From assembly GCF_020745735.1 (NCBI RefSeq), contig NC_083412.1, forward strand, positions 34,413,181 through 34,477,180: DNA of 64,000 nt, read 5' to 3'. The position numbers and the translations under genes are program-made. A model generated the notes under the pieces. The model was not told the DNA's origin, ran no database searches, and saw only the letters and a list, made by a program, of their open reading frames with translations. Positions within the stretch are counted from its first letter, which is position 1. Each line of letters starts with the position of its first letter. Of the stretch, positions 11,321 to 23,928 are shown piece by piece. Source of the DNA: Hemiscyllium ocellatum (taxonomy: Eukaryota).

Positions 11321-14300
11321 AATCTGTACAAACTGCTCTAGAGTCTATAGAAGCATGGAAAACCTCCACCAATGCATTCACTATTTCTACGTCCACTTCA
11401 AGTACTGTGGAATGTAGATTATCAGGTTTTGGGGATTTATTTGCCTTCAATCTCATCAATTTCCCTACTAACATTAATTTTCTTGATTCCTCCCTTTTAC
11501 TAAATGCCGTGTTTCCCAGTATTTCTAAAATGTTATTTGTGTCCTCCTTTGTGAGCATAAAACCAAAGTATATAGTCAGTTGGTAGTTAATTGATTCTAT
11601 TATGTACAACAGTTCATCCAAACTCAAACCAAGAATTAATCAGATCAAAATAGCTTTCTAACCACGTGTCAATATTATAATGCCATATCCTGTTGCACAA
11701 TCCACGGGATTCTGACAAACTAGAGGCAAGCTGCCTTCTTTAAGACAGCTGAGTGTCTTACTAGGATATTTCAGAGGGCAATTAAAACTCAACTGCATTG
11801 ACACTGGTTTGGAATATCATTTAGAACAGACCAGGCAAGGATAATTTCTTTCCACAAAAGTTGCTCACCCAATGGATTCTCTCTTTAAATAATGTTCCAG
11901 TTTATTTAATTAACTGAATTTAAGTTCTATCACGGGAAGCTAACTTGTATTCTTCTGATCACTAATTCAGGTCTGTGGCTTTTCAGTTGATTAAGGTAAC
12001 TACTCTGCCACTGTTTCCTGTAATAAACTGAACTAGCACCAAACCTAGAAGCATCTTGACATGTTTGTTTTCACTGCTTGATGTCATATGCTCTGGACCC
12101 AAGAACCAGATGATCTTCAGTACTGTCTCCAAATACAAGCAACATTCACACTATAAATCAATCACTATTAGTGAATTCTGTATAAATATATAGATAAACA
12201 AGGTAAGTATTTAAAGAATGTGAATTGAGAGTGTCCAGATTAAGAGCTTGGTAATGATGAGGCAGAAAGCTTTGAGATATTTCCCTGAAAGGACTGCAAT
12301 GGGGGTGCTTAATCACAAATGCTGTTAGTCTTCAAAGCCATGTCATTCTTCTCTGTCCCAGTTCAAGATGGAGGTCATAGTGACTGCTAGCATTATGAAG
12401 TCACTGCATGCATAAGGAGCTAGATCGCACATGCATGCTGTCATTATTTTGTCTCTCCCATGCATAGAGGTGACTCTTTCTTTCAATGGCATCCCATTAT
12501 TGATGTTTTGAGAGCATCTAGAGAGCTTTGAAGGGCAAATTTGTCTACTGCCTCTATACATTTTGAACCTCGAAACCAGTGTAATAAACCTCAGCATTTG
12601 TAAATATCAAGTGGCATATTTTCTGAAATAATCATGAATAATACATTTAGATTGAAATTGCAGTGAGTCAAATTCAGATTACAGAAAATTCCAGTTAGGT
12701 CAAAGACCTCAACTATTCCTGTCCAGAAATAGTAAATCCCACAAAACAATGACATTGATAAACCAAGCAGCCATACCTACTCTGGAAGAACAGAACTTGT
12801 CAAACTTGTCATATGACCATGCCAACAAAAGAGGCGTTTGACCCGACACAAGCATGAAATCATGAAATGTTGGGCAAGAGCCTTGATTTAACAATGAGAT
12901 CATCTTGAGAAAGGCCTGAGAGAATGACTAAACAGTTCAGAAAATTTTAAAAGCTGTTAATCGAAGGGAGGGTGAAGTTATAAACCAAGTGGAAAACCGT
13001 GGTGCAGAAAATTGACATTGTGAATGAGTAGGTGATTCCACCATTTGTCCACCATTATGAAACATAAGATAAACATCTCAGAACAATTCAATAAACAGGC
13101 TTTCCTTCCAGCAAACAAAATGATAAGAACAGGAGATCTGTCCCAAATTTGAAGAGGGTCAGCATATGATTCAAAGCAAGTTAAGCAGAAAGATCTCAAT
13201 TCAGATCCAATTCTAGAAAAACTGGGAAACTGCCTTGACCAATGCTGAGAAAGCTATAGACAGGATCCAGAGTCTTACGCTACAACATGAAAACAACAAA
13301 AGTACATTTGTTGCATCGACAGCATGGTGCACCACATTGCATCCATCTGAAACAAGACATTGGGTTCTGGGTGAGACATAGTCGAGGGGAAGTGTGTGGT
13401 AAATATGGGATCTGATGAATAGTTATTTAGGAGTTAGACTTCATATTTAACTTTTCCTATTTTATCTAATTGCACAGGAACTTGTCAAAGTCTCGGATTT
13501 AAATTAGGGTGTTCGGTGGGGGGGGGGGGGGGGCGGGGGGGGCTCTATCCACCCAACAGAAAATTCAATTTCCTCACACCTACATTGTGATGGGATTCTG
13601 CAGTGTCCCCCTGCACAATTCCAACTTACACTGGCATTATAATGGTCTGGTTATTGGAAAATTTGTTCCTACAATGTTTAAAAATATCACCTCTCATTCA
13701 TCTAAATTCCACAAGGTATAGGTCCAAATGTGCTCAACCTTTCCTTATGAGGTAACTCCTCATCCCAGGAATCGAACAAATGATCCATGCCTGAACTACT
13801 TCTAAAGCAAATGTATCCATTCTTTAGTATAAAGATCAAAACTGTCCACATCACTTTACTGATAACTGAGAGGCCACTGATGGAGTAATAATTGGATGGA
13901 TTGAACTGGTCCTCCTTTTCGTGGATCAGTCATGCCTTGGCATTTTTTTCCCCACTGACATTGTATTTATATTGGAACAGATTGGCTAGACACATGGCTA
14001 GTTCTGGAACATGAGTCTTCAGCACTATGGCGGGGATATTGTCAGGGCATGCAGCTTCTATAACATCCAGTGCCTCCAACTGCGTCTTGACATCATGCGA
14101 ATGAATTAAATGAAAAGAAGATTAATATTTGTGACACTTGAGGCCTCAGAAGGAGGCAGAATTGAATAATTCAACAAGCACTTCTGGCTAAAAATGCCTG
14201 AAATTGCTTTACTTGTACTTTGCTGGATTCCAGCATCTTTGAGAATGGGAACATTTGATTAGTAGTGGTGCTAGAAGGCTAATTTTAATGAGATACATTG

Positions 14301-15324
14301 AAGTCGCCAAAACAGTCAAAGATATAAAACGTCCAATTAAACAATAACCTCACAGCTGAAAAGATTATTGCATGGACAGACCATTGCACTCTCTTTGGCA
14401 GATTTCTATTTGAAATGATTTATGCTTTGGGTGGCTCCGGAAGCTCATTGTGGCATGGCAGTCTCTGCCAAATTTGCTGCAGATAAAGGCAGCGGCTTCA
14501 CCAGAGGCAGGATTTGCTTACCTCTATTTTCTTAGTGCTCTTTTCCAAGCCAGCTGAACTTTACATACTGCCTTGTCTCTTCCAATGCCCTCCCAAACAG
14601 TGAGTCTCCCAAGACAATAACAGTCAGTGACTATCTCACAGCTGACTGTGACAATATCTATCATCCTCACATCTCACTTGCTGGTGGCAGGGAGATGGAT
14701 GTTCTAACATGTTGTAACATAGTGACTATTTCACCACACAAAACGCCTTTCGGTTTACAGCCATCATCCATTTGATGAACTTGACCAAACTAGTGTCGAC
14801 ATTAAACACTTAAGTGTATGCTGATTCCATCAGCATGCTCCAAGACCATTAAGGTGGTGATCTGGTCCTGTCAAGAATACGTCTGCGACATTAAAGGAGG
14901 AAACTGCTCAGCCATTTCTCATGGGTGCTTTCTAAATATCAGTACTATAGAAACATGCAGTGCAGACTACACACTCCAATTGCAGTGCGCCATTCCTTTG
15001 AAAATGCACATTCAGATTCACATTGAGATGTTACAGTTGCAGTTAAACTTTTAGGTCAAAACACAAGACTGATAGTCCATATGCAATTCTCATGTGCATC
15101 CCAAACAACAGTTCTGCAATGTTGGCATATATGTATTTAGCATTTATTTATATATATAGCAGTTGCTTCAGCATGAATAACATTGGAATTATGGTTAGGT
15201 TGCATTTTAAGTCACAATAATTGAATTTGATGCATTTGGGAGACTGTTCAAACGTCAGAATACATCCTCAATGTCATTATTGTCAAACTCCTAAATACTT
15301 CAATGTAAACTGTCTCCAACCTAC

Positions 15325-15377
15325 TGTGGATCACTGAGGGTCTCTGGAGTTTCCTTCAAGATGTAATCACATATGAT
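15325..15377 (-). CDS. LTN1: LTN1 exon 5
   Basis: cacAG/GTagg boundaries, 53 nt, IICDYILKETPETLSDP(Q); phase 2 end fits the phase of exon 6. Confidence 0.93.
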
Positions 15378-17203
15378 CTGTGAAACAAAATAATGTCATT
15401 TGTACCATTCTTCCAAATAAATTTAAATAGTTGTTCTTGTAACTGCTAAAATGTACATACACTTCAAAACAGCACTCAAAAAAAAGACATTTCTTTTCAT
15501 TTTTATTCTGAAATATCATGTCTTGGTGACACCATTGATTGAACTATCTAGGTGGAACTGAAGTGAAAATGCACAATTTAATGAGAATTTCTATACATGT
15601 TAAGTAATTACTTTCACATTGGTAGGCTTGCTTGTGTCTATCATTACATAATAATATAAATGTGTAAGAAACTAATTCTACTTCACACTTAAAAGTAGCA
15701 TCATTTGGTGGTTCAGCAGCATAGGCCACTACTGTATAATTAACAAGTTATATACTTGCTCTCTTTCAGTCTTATGTTATTCACCAAATAGTGAAAAAAA
15801 CAGACATTTTCCAAAGAGGTGGGGAAAAATATTAATTAATAAGTCATAAGCTGCTAGCAAAGACCTCCTAATTGAATAGATCCTAATTCCTAGTTAATAA
15901 ACTGAGTATGTATTGCAGTGAATGAAGATATAGAAAAACTGGTCTTTTTTTGCCTCAGCATCCACTTTTGTCTAATTGATTGGCATTGTTAATGTGTCTT
16001 GGGAATTTTTTCCATGTCAAAGTTACTAAAAGAATACAATTTGTTGATGACTTACTGGCCCAAATTGGAACATACTTAAGCAACGGCAATTCTCTTTAAA
16101 GTCACCCACTTAACTGTTGGCAATTTTTCCAGCCAAGATTCTTTGCCTCGCCTGCCCTCAATATATTCATCCAGATACACCAAAGATAAATTTAATTAGT
16201 TCAGAATTTGTGATACAGGCCATGACATATCCCATTTATTTTAAAACACCTGTTGCTGTACTTCAGAGGTTAAATGTACTTTGACAATGACTGAGGAAAG
16301 TTGAGGGTACAGGGTAGACAATGTGTAGAAAAGGAGGTTGTGTGCCAAGTGAGTATTGTGCAAAGTGAATGAGTGGATAGGGTATCAGTTGAGTACAAGT
16401 GTTTATGGTAGGTCAGGGGCGGTGTTTGGTCTGTGACAGAGTTTGTTGGGTTCAGCAGGATTGCAGGCCTGGCAGGATTAGGTTGTATTGGGGTGTGGGG
16501 AGGGGTTGGTCAGGCCCAGTAAGGAAGTGGAGCTGGGGAGTATTATCTCTAGCAGTCATGATTTGGAGATGCCGGTGTTGGACTGGGGTGTACAAAGTTA
16601 AAAATCACACAACACCAGGTTATAGTCCAACAGGTTTAATTGGAAGCACACTAGCTTTTGGAGCGACGCTCCTTCATCAAGAGATAGTAGAGGGTTCGAT
16701 CGTAATACAGAATTTATAGCAAAAATTTACAGTGTGATGTAACTGAAATTATACATTGAAAAATTGATTGTTTGTTAAGCCTTTCATCTGTTAGAATACA
16801 GTGATAGTTTCACTTCTTTCATGTGTAAATCACAAAACTTTTTAAAAAAAAGTTGCATTCTCAAGTTAGCTGTTAATAATGGTGATAGCTAGACAATATG
16901 TTGAAGGTGCTAGCCCCTTGCATTCTCTATCTATGCCATGATGTTTAAATTGATTCTAATCTAAAAAGTGAGATAACGGAGTTTTACATAAATTCATTTT
17001 TGAGCTCAGAGTTCTACATGAATGCATGCAGTTTTTGAGCAAAGTACAACGTAACTTTCCAAGTACGAATTCACCCCACAAGATATATGTGTGCATGTGG
17101 GTCTTTGTCTGTCTGTGCTTTGTGTCTGTCTGGGGTGGGGGTTGTGAGTGTGAGAAAGTGTGTGTATTGAGTGCAGAGTATCTTAAGTCTGTGAGGGGGT
17201 GCA

Positions 17204-17242
<39 letters not shown>

Positions 17243-17261
17243 CGTGCAATGGTGATCAGTT

Positions 17262-19520
17262 CTAGGAGTACCGAACTTCGCTATCAGCCTCTGCTCGGCC
17301 ACTTTTCTCTGCTGCCTGTGCTGAAGTCCAGCTTGGAGGATGGTCACCCGAAGGTCCAAGGCTGAATGTCCTGGACCACTGAAGTGTTCCCCAATTGGGA
17401 GGGAACCCTCCTGTCTGTTGATTGTTATGCGGTGCCCATTCATCCGTTGTCGTGGCCTTTGCTTGGTTTCCCCAACGTACCATGCCTCAGGGCATCCTTG
17501 CCTGCAATGTATAAGATAGACAATGTTGGCTGAGTCACATGAGTACCTGCCACGTGCAAGGTGGGAGGTGTTCCCACGCATAATAGTGGTAACTATGTCC
17601 ACAACCTGACACGTCTTGCAGCGTCCACCGTGACAGGGTTGTATGGAGTTGTCCTGAGAGTCGGGCAGTTTGCTACGAACAATGATCTGTTTGAGGTTTG
17701 GCGGTTGTTTAAAGACAAGTAGTGGAGGTGTGGGGAAGGTCTTGATGAGGTGCTCATCCTCATTGATAACGTATTGCAGGTCACAAAGAACATGGCGTAA
17801 TCTTTCAGCTCCTGGGAAGTACTGAACAACGAAGGGCACCTTGTCAGTTGCAGCATGTGTTTGACTCTTGAGGAGGTCATTATGGTTCCTTGCTGTGGCG
17901 CGTCGGAACTGGCGGTCGATGAGTTGAGCATCGTACCCCGTTCTTGTGTGGGCATCCTTGAGTACTTCCAGGTGTCCGTCATGTTCCTCCTCATCGGTAT
18001 GCGTAGAGCTTGTCCATAGGGAATAGCTGTTTTAATATGTTTTGGGTGGAAGCTGAAGAAGTGTGCATTGTGAGGTTGTCTGTGGGTTTGCGGTAGAGTG
18101 TGGTCCTTGATGGAGACGCATGTGTCCAAGAATGAGACAGATAGTCGAGAGTAGTCCATGGTGAGTTTGATGGTGGGATGAAACTTGTTGATGTCACTGT
18201 GTAGTTTTATCAGTGACTCCTCGCCATGGGTCCAGAGGAAGAAAATGTTATCAATGTACATGTTATATAATGTTGGTTGTAGATCCTGTGTAGAGAAGAA
18301 GTCTTGTTTGAACCTGTGCATAAAAATGTGGGCATATTGGGGTGCAGATTTGGTGCCCATGGCTGTTCTGTGTGGCTGGATGAAGAATTGGTTGTCAAAG
18401 GTGAAGACATTGTGATCGAGGATAAAGCGGATGAGCTGTGGGATGGTGTTTGGAGACTGGCAGTTGTTGGTGTTGAGTACTGAGGCTGTTGCCGCGATGC
18501 CATCATTGTGGGGGATGCTGGTGCAGAGTGCGGAAACATCCATTGTAATGAGGAATGTTCCCGGTTCGGCTGGTCCGTGGATGCGGAGTTTCTGTAAGAA
18601 ATCCATAGTGTTGTGACAGAAGTTGGGGATCCCCTGAACAATAGGTGTCAAGATGCCTTCCACATAGCTGGAGAGATTCTCATACAGAGTCCCATTGCCC
18701 GACACGATGTGACATCCCGGTGTGTTGGCTTTGTGTACCTTTGGAAGGCAGTAGAAGTTGCCTACACGAGAAGTATGTGGGATGAGGGTGCGTAGGGAAC
18801 TCTGAAGGACTGGATCCAAAGTTCTGATCAGTGTTTAATTCTCGGGTGTGTTCTTTGTTTGGATCAGCTGGTAGTTTCCTGTAGTGTTCCTGGTTGTTCA
18901 GTTGTCGGTACACTTCCTTGCAGTAATCTGTTCTATTCTGAATGACAATGGCTCCTCCTTTATCTGCTGGTTTGATGACAATGTTGTGATTAGTTTTGAG
19001 AGCCTGGACGGCATTGCGTTGTGAACAGGTGATGTTTTGCTCTACCTTGTGGGTACGGCTGATGAACATATATTTCCTGACAGTTTGAGCATACATGTCA
19101 AGCCCAGGGCAGTGGCCCTCTGGTGGGATCCATGTTGACACCTTCTTTGGTCGCTCCTCTACAGATCCCTGTGATGACTGTTCCAGTTCATTAGTGGGCT
19201 TAGTGGGATCACTGCCAGCACCTTGAAAGAATTCCTGGAGTCTCATTCGTCAGATGAACTCCTGTGTCTGCTGCCAGAACCAACGAGTCCCTTTTGGTGG
19301 TGGGGCAGAAGTTGAGATCTCTGGTCAGGACTTCAATCTCTTCCGGTCGAACAGTGTGGTCCGATAAGTTGACAATAGACTTCCCCGCAGTGATAATGTT
19401 GTCTACTGTGGTTCCAGGGCAGGCTTTGCTATTACTGGTGAGAATGCCAAGTTTCCCCAGTTTTTTTGTTCTTGGCATGAATGCACGTGGTGTAGTTTTG
19501 TCACCTTCTCTGTTTGGCAA
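17262..19520 (-). pseudogene. Disrupted Penelope RT / GIY-YIG ORF
   Basis: Pieces in ORFs 19209..19526, 18680..19246, 17593..18819 and 17183..17839 across shifting frames; the catalytic YxDD reads YIDN. Confidence 0.88.
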
Positions 19521-20370
19521 CGTCAAATAATTGTACTGATGTATCCTGTGTGCAGGCTGTGAGTGTGGACTCCGCAGACTCTGCAGAGAGACTTTGCCAC
19601 TGCACCTCTCGTAAACTCCTCAATCATCTCATGCACCAACTCTACATCAGGCGCCACAACCTTGAAATTCAGAAGGAGTCCTCCAAGGTGTACTTCGGGA
19701 CAGGCAGCAGAGAAAGGTGGCCGAGCAGAAGCTGATAGCGAAGTTCAGTACCTATAGGGAGGGCCTCAACAGGGACATTACAGATGATCACCATTGCACT
19801 ACACACACACACACACACACACACCCTTGTAAACTCACACGCTCCCACACTCTCACATGCACCCCCTCACAGACTTAAGACACTCTGCACTCACTACACA
19901 CACACACACACACTTTCTCACACTCACAACCCCCACCCCAGACTGACAGACAGACAGTCACACACACACAAACAAACAAAGACCCACATGCACACATATA
20001 TTTTGTGGGGTGAATTCGTACTTGCAGAGTCACATTGTATTTTGCTCAAAAACTGCATGCATTCATGTAGAACTCTGAGCTCAAAAACTGCATGAATTTA
20101 TGTAAAACTCCGTTATCTCACTTTTTAGATTAGAATCAATCTAAACATCATGGCATAGATAGGGGGCCAACACCTTCAACATATTGTCTAGCTATCACCA
20201 TTGTTAACAGCTAACCCGAGAATGCAACATTTTAAAAAAAGGTTTTGTGAAACTATCACTGTATTCTAACAGATGAAAGGCTTAACAGACAGTCAATTTT
20301 TCAATGTATAATTTCAGTTACATCACACTGTAAATTTTTGCTATAAATTCTGTGTTACGACCGAGCCCTC

Positions 20371-20412
20371 CACTATCACCTGATGAAGGAGCGTCGCTCC
20401 GAACGCTAGTGT
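20371..20412 (+). ncRNA. Degenerate minimal hammerhead ribozyme motif in the right Penelope arm
   Basis: CAC-CTGATGA-A-GGAGC-gtc-GCTCC-GAAc-GCTA-GTG; core GAAA altered to GAAC. The mirror copy on the minus strand at about 16648-16690 has TTGATGA and AAAA. Confidence 0.7.
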
Positions 20413-20612
20413 GCTTCCAATTAAACCTGTTGGACTATAACCTGGTGTTGTATTATTTTTAACTATCTCTAGCAGGGTCATGTCTGGTGGGACATCAATG
20501 GTTTGTCAGGGGTTAACTAGCTTACTAGTTACCAAGAAGTTGGAGTAGGTTCGGATTCCAATTCCAGTGCTACTTTTAAATAGATTTTGAACCCTTTGAA
20601 TTCTCTGACATC

Positions 20613-21659
20613 AAGAGTCGTTTTTGGAGGATTCCAGACACAGAGGAATTGCTCATCGGCAAATTCAAGAATTTCCATAGAGTTAGCTACATCAGAAACC
20701 CCATGATAAGGCAGGATCTTAATGAAACTTACAGAGTACCGAGAGGCCTGGATAGAATGGATGTGGAGGTGTTTCCACTAGCAGGACAGACTAGGACCTG
20801 AGGGCACAGCCTCAGAGTGAAGGGATGACCCTTTAGAACTGAGGTGAGGAATTTCTTCCACCAGACAGTGTGAATCTGTGGAAGTCATTGTAGCAGAAGG
20901 CTGTGGAAGCCAATCACTGAGTGTATTTAAGACAAAGATAAATAAGATCTTGATTGTGAGGGGGATCAAGGTTTCAGGGAGAAGGCAGGAGAATGGGGTT
21001 GAGAAATATATCTGCCATGATCATTTAATGGTGCAGACTCGATGGGTTGAATGGCCTAATTCTGTACCATATGATACAAGATGAATAGTCATAGGTAATT
21101 TTCACATGAATCTACATTATTCCAATAACTGTCTGATCATTGGGATATTTGGCTCATTGTCAACTGGTGTTTTGCTGTAAAGTATACTGTTGTCAACAGA
21201 TGGCACTGGATTCAAATGTTTTCACAGCTTTTGGTTTGCTGCTCAAAAGTTATTTGAAACTGCATAAAGAGCAAATAGACTCATGTAAAGCAAAATTAAA
21301 TTCATTTTAAATACAAAACAAACAGCAATATTAATCAAAAGATCTTAAAATAATTGAGGGGGAATAGAATATTTCCTAAATTTTGTAATACGTCAGATTC
21401 ACACTGTCTGATGGAAGAAATTCCTCACCTCAGTTCTAAAGGGTCATCCCTTCACTCTGAGGCTGTGCCCTCAGGTCCTAGTCTGTCCTGCTAGTGGAAA
21501 CACCTCCACATCCATTCTATCCAGGCCTCTCGGTACTCTGTAAGTTTCATTAAGATCCTGCCTTATCATGGGGTTTCTGATGTAGCTAACTCTATGGAAA
21601 TTCTTGAATTTGCCGATGAGCAATTCCTCTGTGTCTGGAATCCTCCAAAAACGACTCTT
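20613..21659. repeat. 266 bp near-perfect inverted repeat (20613-20878 / 21394-21659)
   Basis: Direct comparison: one mismatch seen in 266 bp; 515 bp spacer. Confidence 0.95.
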
Positions 21660-21940
21660 AATGGTTAGCACTGCTGCCTCACAGCGCCTGAGACCCGGTT
21701 TCAATTCCCGACTCAGGCAACTGACTGTGTGGAGTTTGCACGTTCTCCCCGTGTCTGCGTGGGTTTCCTCCCACAGTCCAAAGATGTGCAGGTCAGGTGA
21801 ATTGGCCATGCTAAATTGCCCGTAGTGTTAGGTAAGGGGTAAATGTAGGGGTATGGGTGGGTTGTGCTTCGGCGGGTCGGTGTGGACTTGTTGGGCCGAA
21901 GGGCCTGTTTCCACACTGTAAGTAATCTAATCTAATCTAA
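21660..21940 (+). mobile_element. tRNA-derived SINE (HE1-like), young
   Basis: 5'-clipped head, CpGs preserved, (AATCT)n tail. Confidence 0.88.
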
Positions 21941-22477
21941 AAAGATGTTTTGCTTTCAGAACTGCAACAGGACTCTTCGATGATCATAAAAATTTTTTGC
22001 TGTCATTAGAATATGCCATTAACCGAATCACTTTGGAATAGTCTGCTACGATGAAGTTAGTTTTGTTTTAATTTTCCATTTCTTGTCTCCCAAAGGTTCA
22101 TAACTTAGGACCAATTTGTGAATCATACCCACAGGACCTTAAGTTGTCAATACACAAACCTATTTTGTACAAGACCTTGCCAGCCAAAAGAGAAAGAAGG
22201 CCTTCATCCCATCAGTGTGTTGGATTGAAACACACGTACAAGAAATTAAAGCTAGTATGCTATATCACTGGACAATCCCTCCAATGCTTACCATTAGAAT
22301 ATTGTCAATCTCACTTTGGGATGGATTAAAAGGATAAAAGCTACACCCTTGTTAAATAGTTAGGTCAGTTATGCTACACTAATGGCTTTGCTCAAACAAT
22401 ATTCATTTGAACCAAGTGAAAATGAGCAATGTGCATAAACAGCTGGTAAGGAATGATAACTGATAACAGAATGCTCT

Positions 22478-22694
22478 GTATCAAGTTATAATGCACACTT
22501 CGTTAATGCGAATTCACTGTAACGTGATTGACAAATTTGGGACACTGTTTTTAAAGCGATAACGTTTAAAACATGGGTTGGCTATAATGCAATTACAGCA
22601 CCAACACTTTAAGTGCTATTTTTAAAGTGCCATTTTTCTATAATGCAGGGTTGCTCAAGAAGGCAACCATCGTGTTATAGGAGAACTATCTGCA
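22478..22694. mobile_element. MITE remnant related to 32433-32649
   Basis: Ends in GTTATAGGAGAACTATCTG, similar to the TIR above; internal TATAA repeats. Confidence 0.4.
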
Positions 22695-22882
22695 CAACAA
22701 AACAGACAAATCACTGACCTGTGGTAGAAAGTTTTCTAATCACTCAAAAAGAATTCTAAAAATTCAAGCTAATAATTCTGGCTAAATTACAGGGCAAATT
22801 TAAACAAATGTTACAAGTAACAGAACTTTTCATAATTCTTCAAAAACCAGTGAGAAAGATTTTGCTTTTAAAAAGAACTTAC

Positions 22883-23113
22883 ATTCATAATTTCTTCTTT
22901 ACAAAAAGCCACAGCTTCTGGCTGTTTGTTTAGTGGAAATGCAACTTGAAATGCTACTTTTGCTGCTGAGGCTGCCGGATTGTAGGTATCACATTGTGCA
23001 ATAAGCCAGTGTCCCATAATACTCTTCAAATAAGGTGCTAAGTTTCGCTTCACTTGAAGGACGAGTATTTCAAATGCTTGCTGTACTGCTTCTCGAACCC
23101 GACGATCATGGTC
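22883..23113 (-). CDS. LTN1: LTN1 exon 4
   Basis: ccAG/GTaag boundaries, 231 nt, [15 protein letters not shown]...[20 protein letters not shown]...[12 protein letters not shown]. Confidence 0.96.
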
Positions 23114-23299
23114 CTGGAGTAGGGATGGGAGCAGGGAATTAATGAAAATAATTTGTCATTACGAAGTATTAGGATTTCTCTGGTGAATAATGAACAAAGG
23201 TTGGCAGTAAGCAATAAAGGATGAATGTCTTCATCTGTGTCTTAGTCTTTACTTGCAGTATGCATTTACTAGATTTGGACATTATAAACTTCACTACAT

Positions 23300-23692
23300 G
23301 AGAGGGGGTATGATATGATTGAGACATATAAGATTATTAAAGGATTGGACACTCTGGAGGCAGGAAACATGTTTCTGCTGATGGGTGAGTGCCGAACCAG
23401 AGGACACAGCTTAAAAATACGGGGTAGACCATTTAGGACAGAATTGAGGAGAAACTTCTTCACCCAGAGAGTGGTGGCTGTGCGGAATGCTCTGCCCCAG
23501 AGGGCAGTGGAGGCCCAATCTCTGGATTCATTTAAGAAAGAGTTGAATAGAGCTCTCAAGGATAGTGGAATCAAGGGTTATGGAGATAAGGCAGGAACAG
23601 GATACTGATTAAGGATGATCAGCCATGATCATATTGAATGGTGGTGCAGGCTTGAAGGGCAAAATGGCCTACTCCTGCACCTATTGTCTATG
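23300..23692 (+). mobile_element. Young CR1-clade LINE 3' fragment (third family)
   Basis: ORF 23315..23608 is nearly identical to ORF 10954..11232. Confidence 0.88.
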
Positions 23693-23900
23693 AACTAAAT
23701 GAAAACATAAGAGATAAAAAATATTAATAAAAATGGTGCTATAATTAAACAATTTCCTTCCCGTGCACATCTCTCAATAGGTCAGCAAGTTTATGAGTAA
23801 GCAACTAATCCACACGAAAGAGAAGCATCCCACATACAACTTGTAGTTTATAAGGGGTGCTCAATGGGCATTTTAATTGGTCTCAGCAACCCAGAATTAA

Positions 23901-23928
23901 GGGGGGGGGGGGGGGGGGGGGGGGGGGG
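23901..23928 (+). repeat. Poly-G run (28 nt)
   Basis: Seen directly; a second interrupted G run lies at about 13518-13542. Confidence 0.95.

Larger units (their letters stand above)
9560..11620 (-). mobile_element. Older CR1-clade LINE fragment, split by the younger insertion
   Basis: Remnants such as NKCEVIHFGSKNRK and KANKSPKPDNLH on both sides of 10770-11320. Confidence 0.7.
16556..20463 (-). mobile_element. Penelope-like retroelement with inverted pseudo-LTRs (pLTRs), in LTN1 intron 4
   Basis: Frameshifted RT (KPADKGGAIVI, FYCLPKVHK, MDVSAL, AMGT, YIDN) plus GIY-YIG endonuclease (RCKTC...NIVYLIHC...WYVGET). Inverted arms 16597-17340 and 19679-20463. Direct repeat TATCTCTAGCAG at 16544-16555 and 20464-20475. 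Confidence 0.93.

Noticed and set aside
17593-18819. 408 aa RT ORF as an active or domesticated gene
   Set aside because: Frameshifts on both sides and within, and the catalytic motif reads YIDN.
16556-20463. DNA transposon or LTR retrotransposon interpretation of the long terminal repeats
   Set aside because: No transposase, gag or integrase; RT plus GIY-YIG and hammerhead motifs identify a Penelope-like element.
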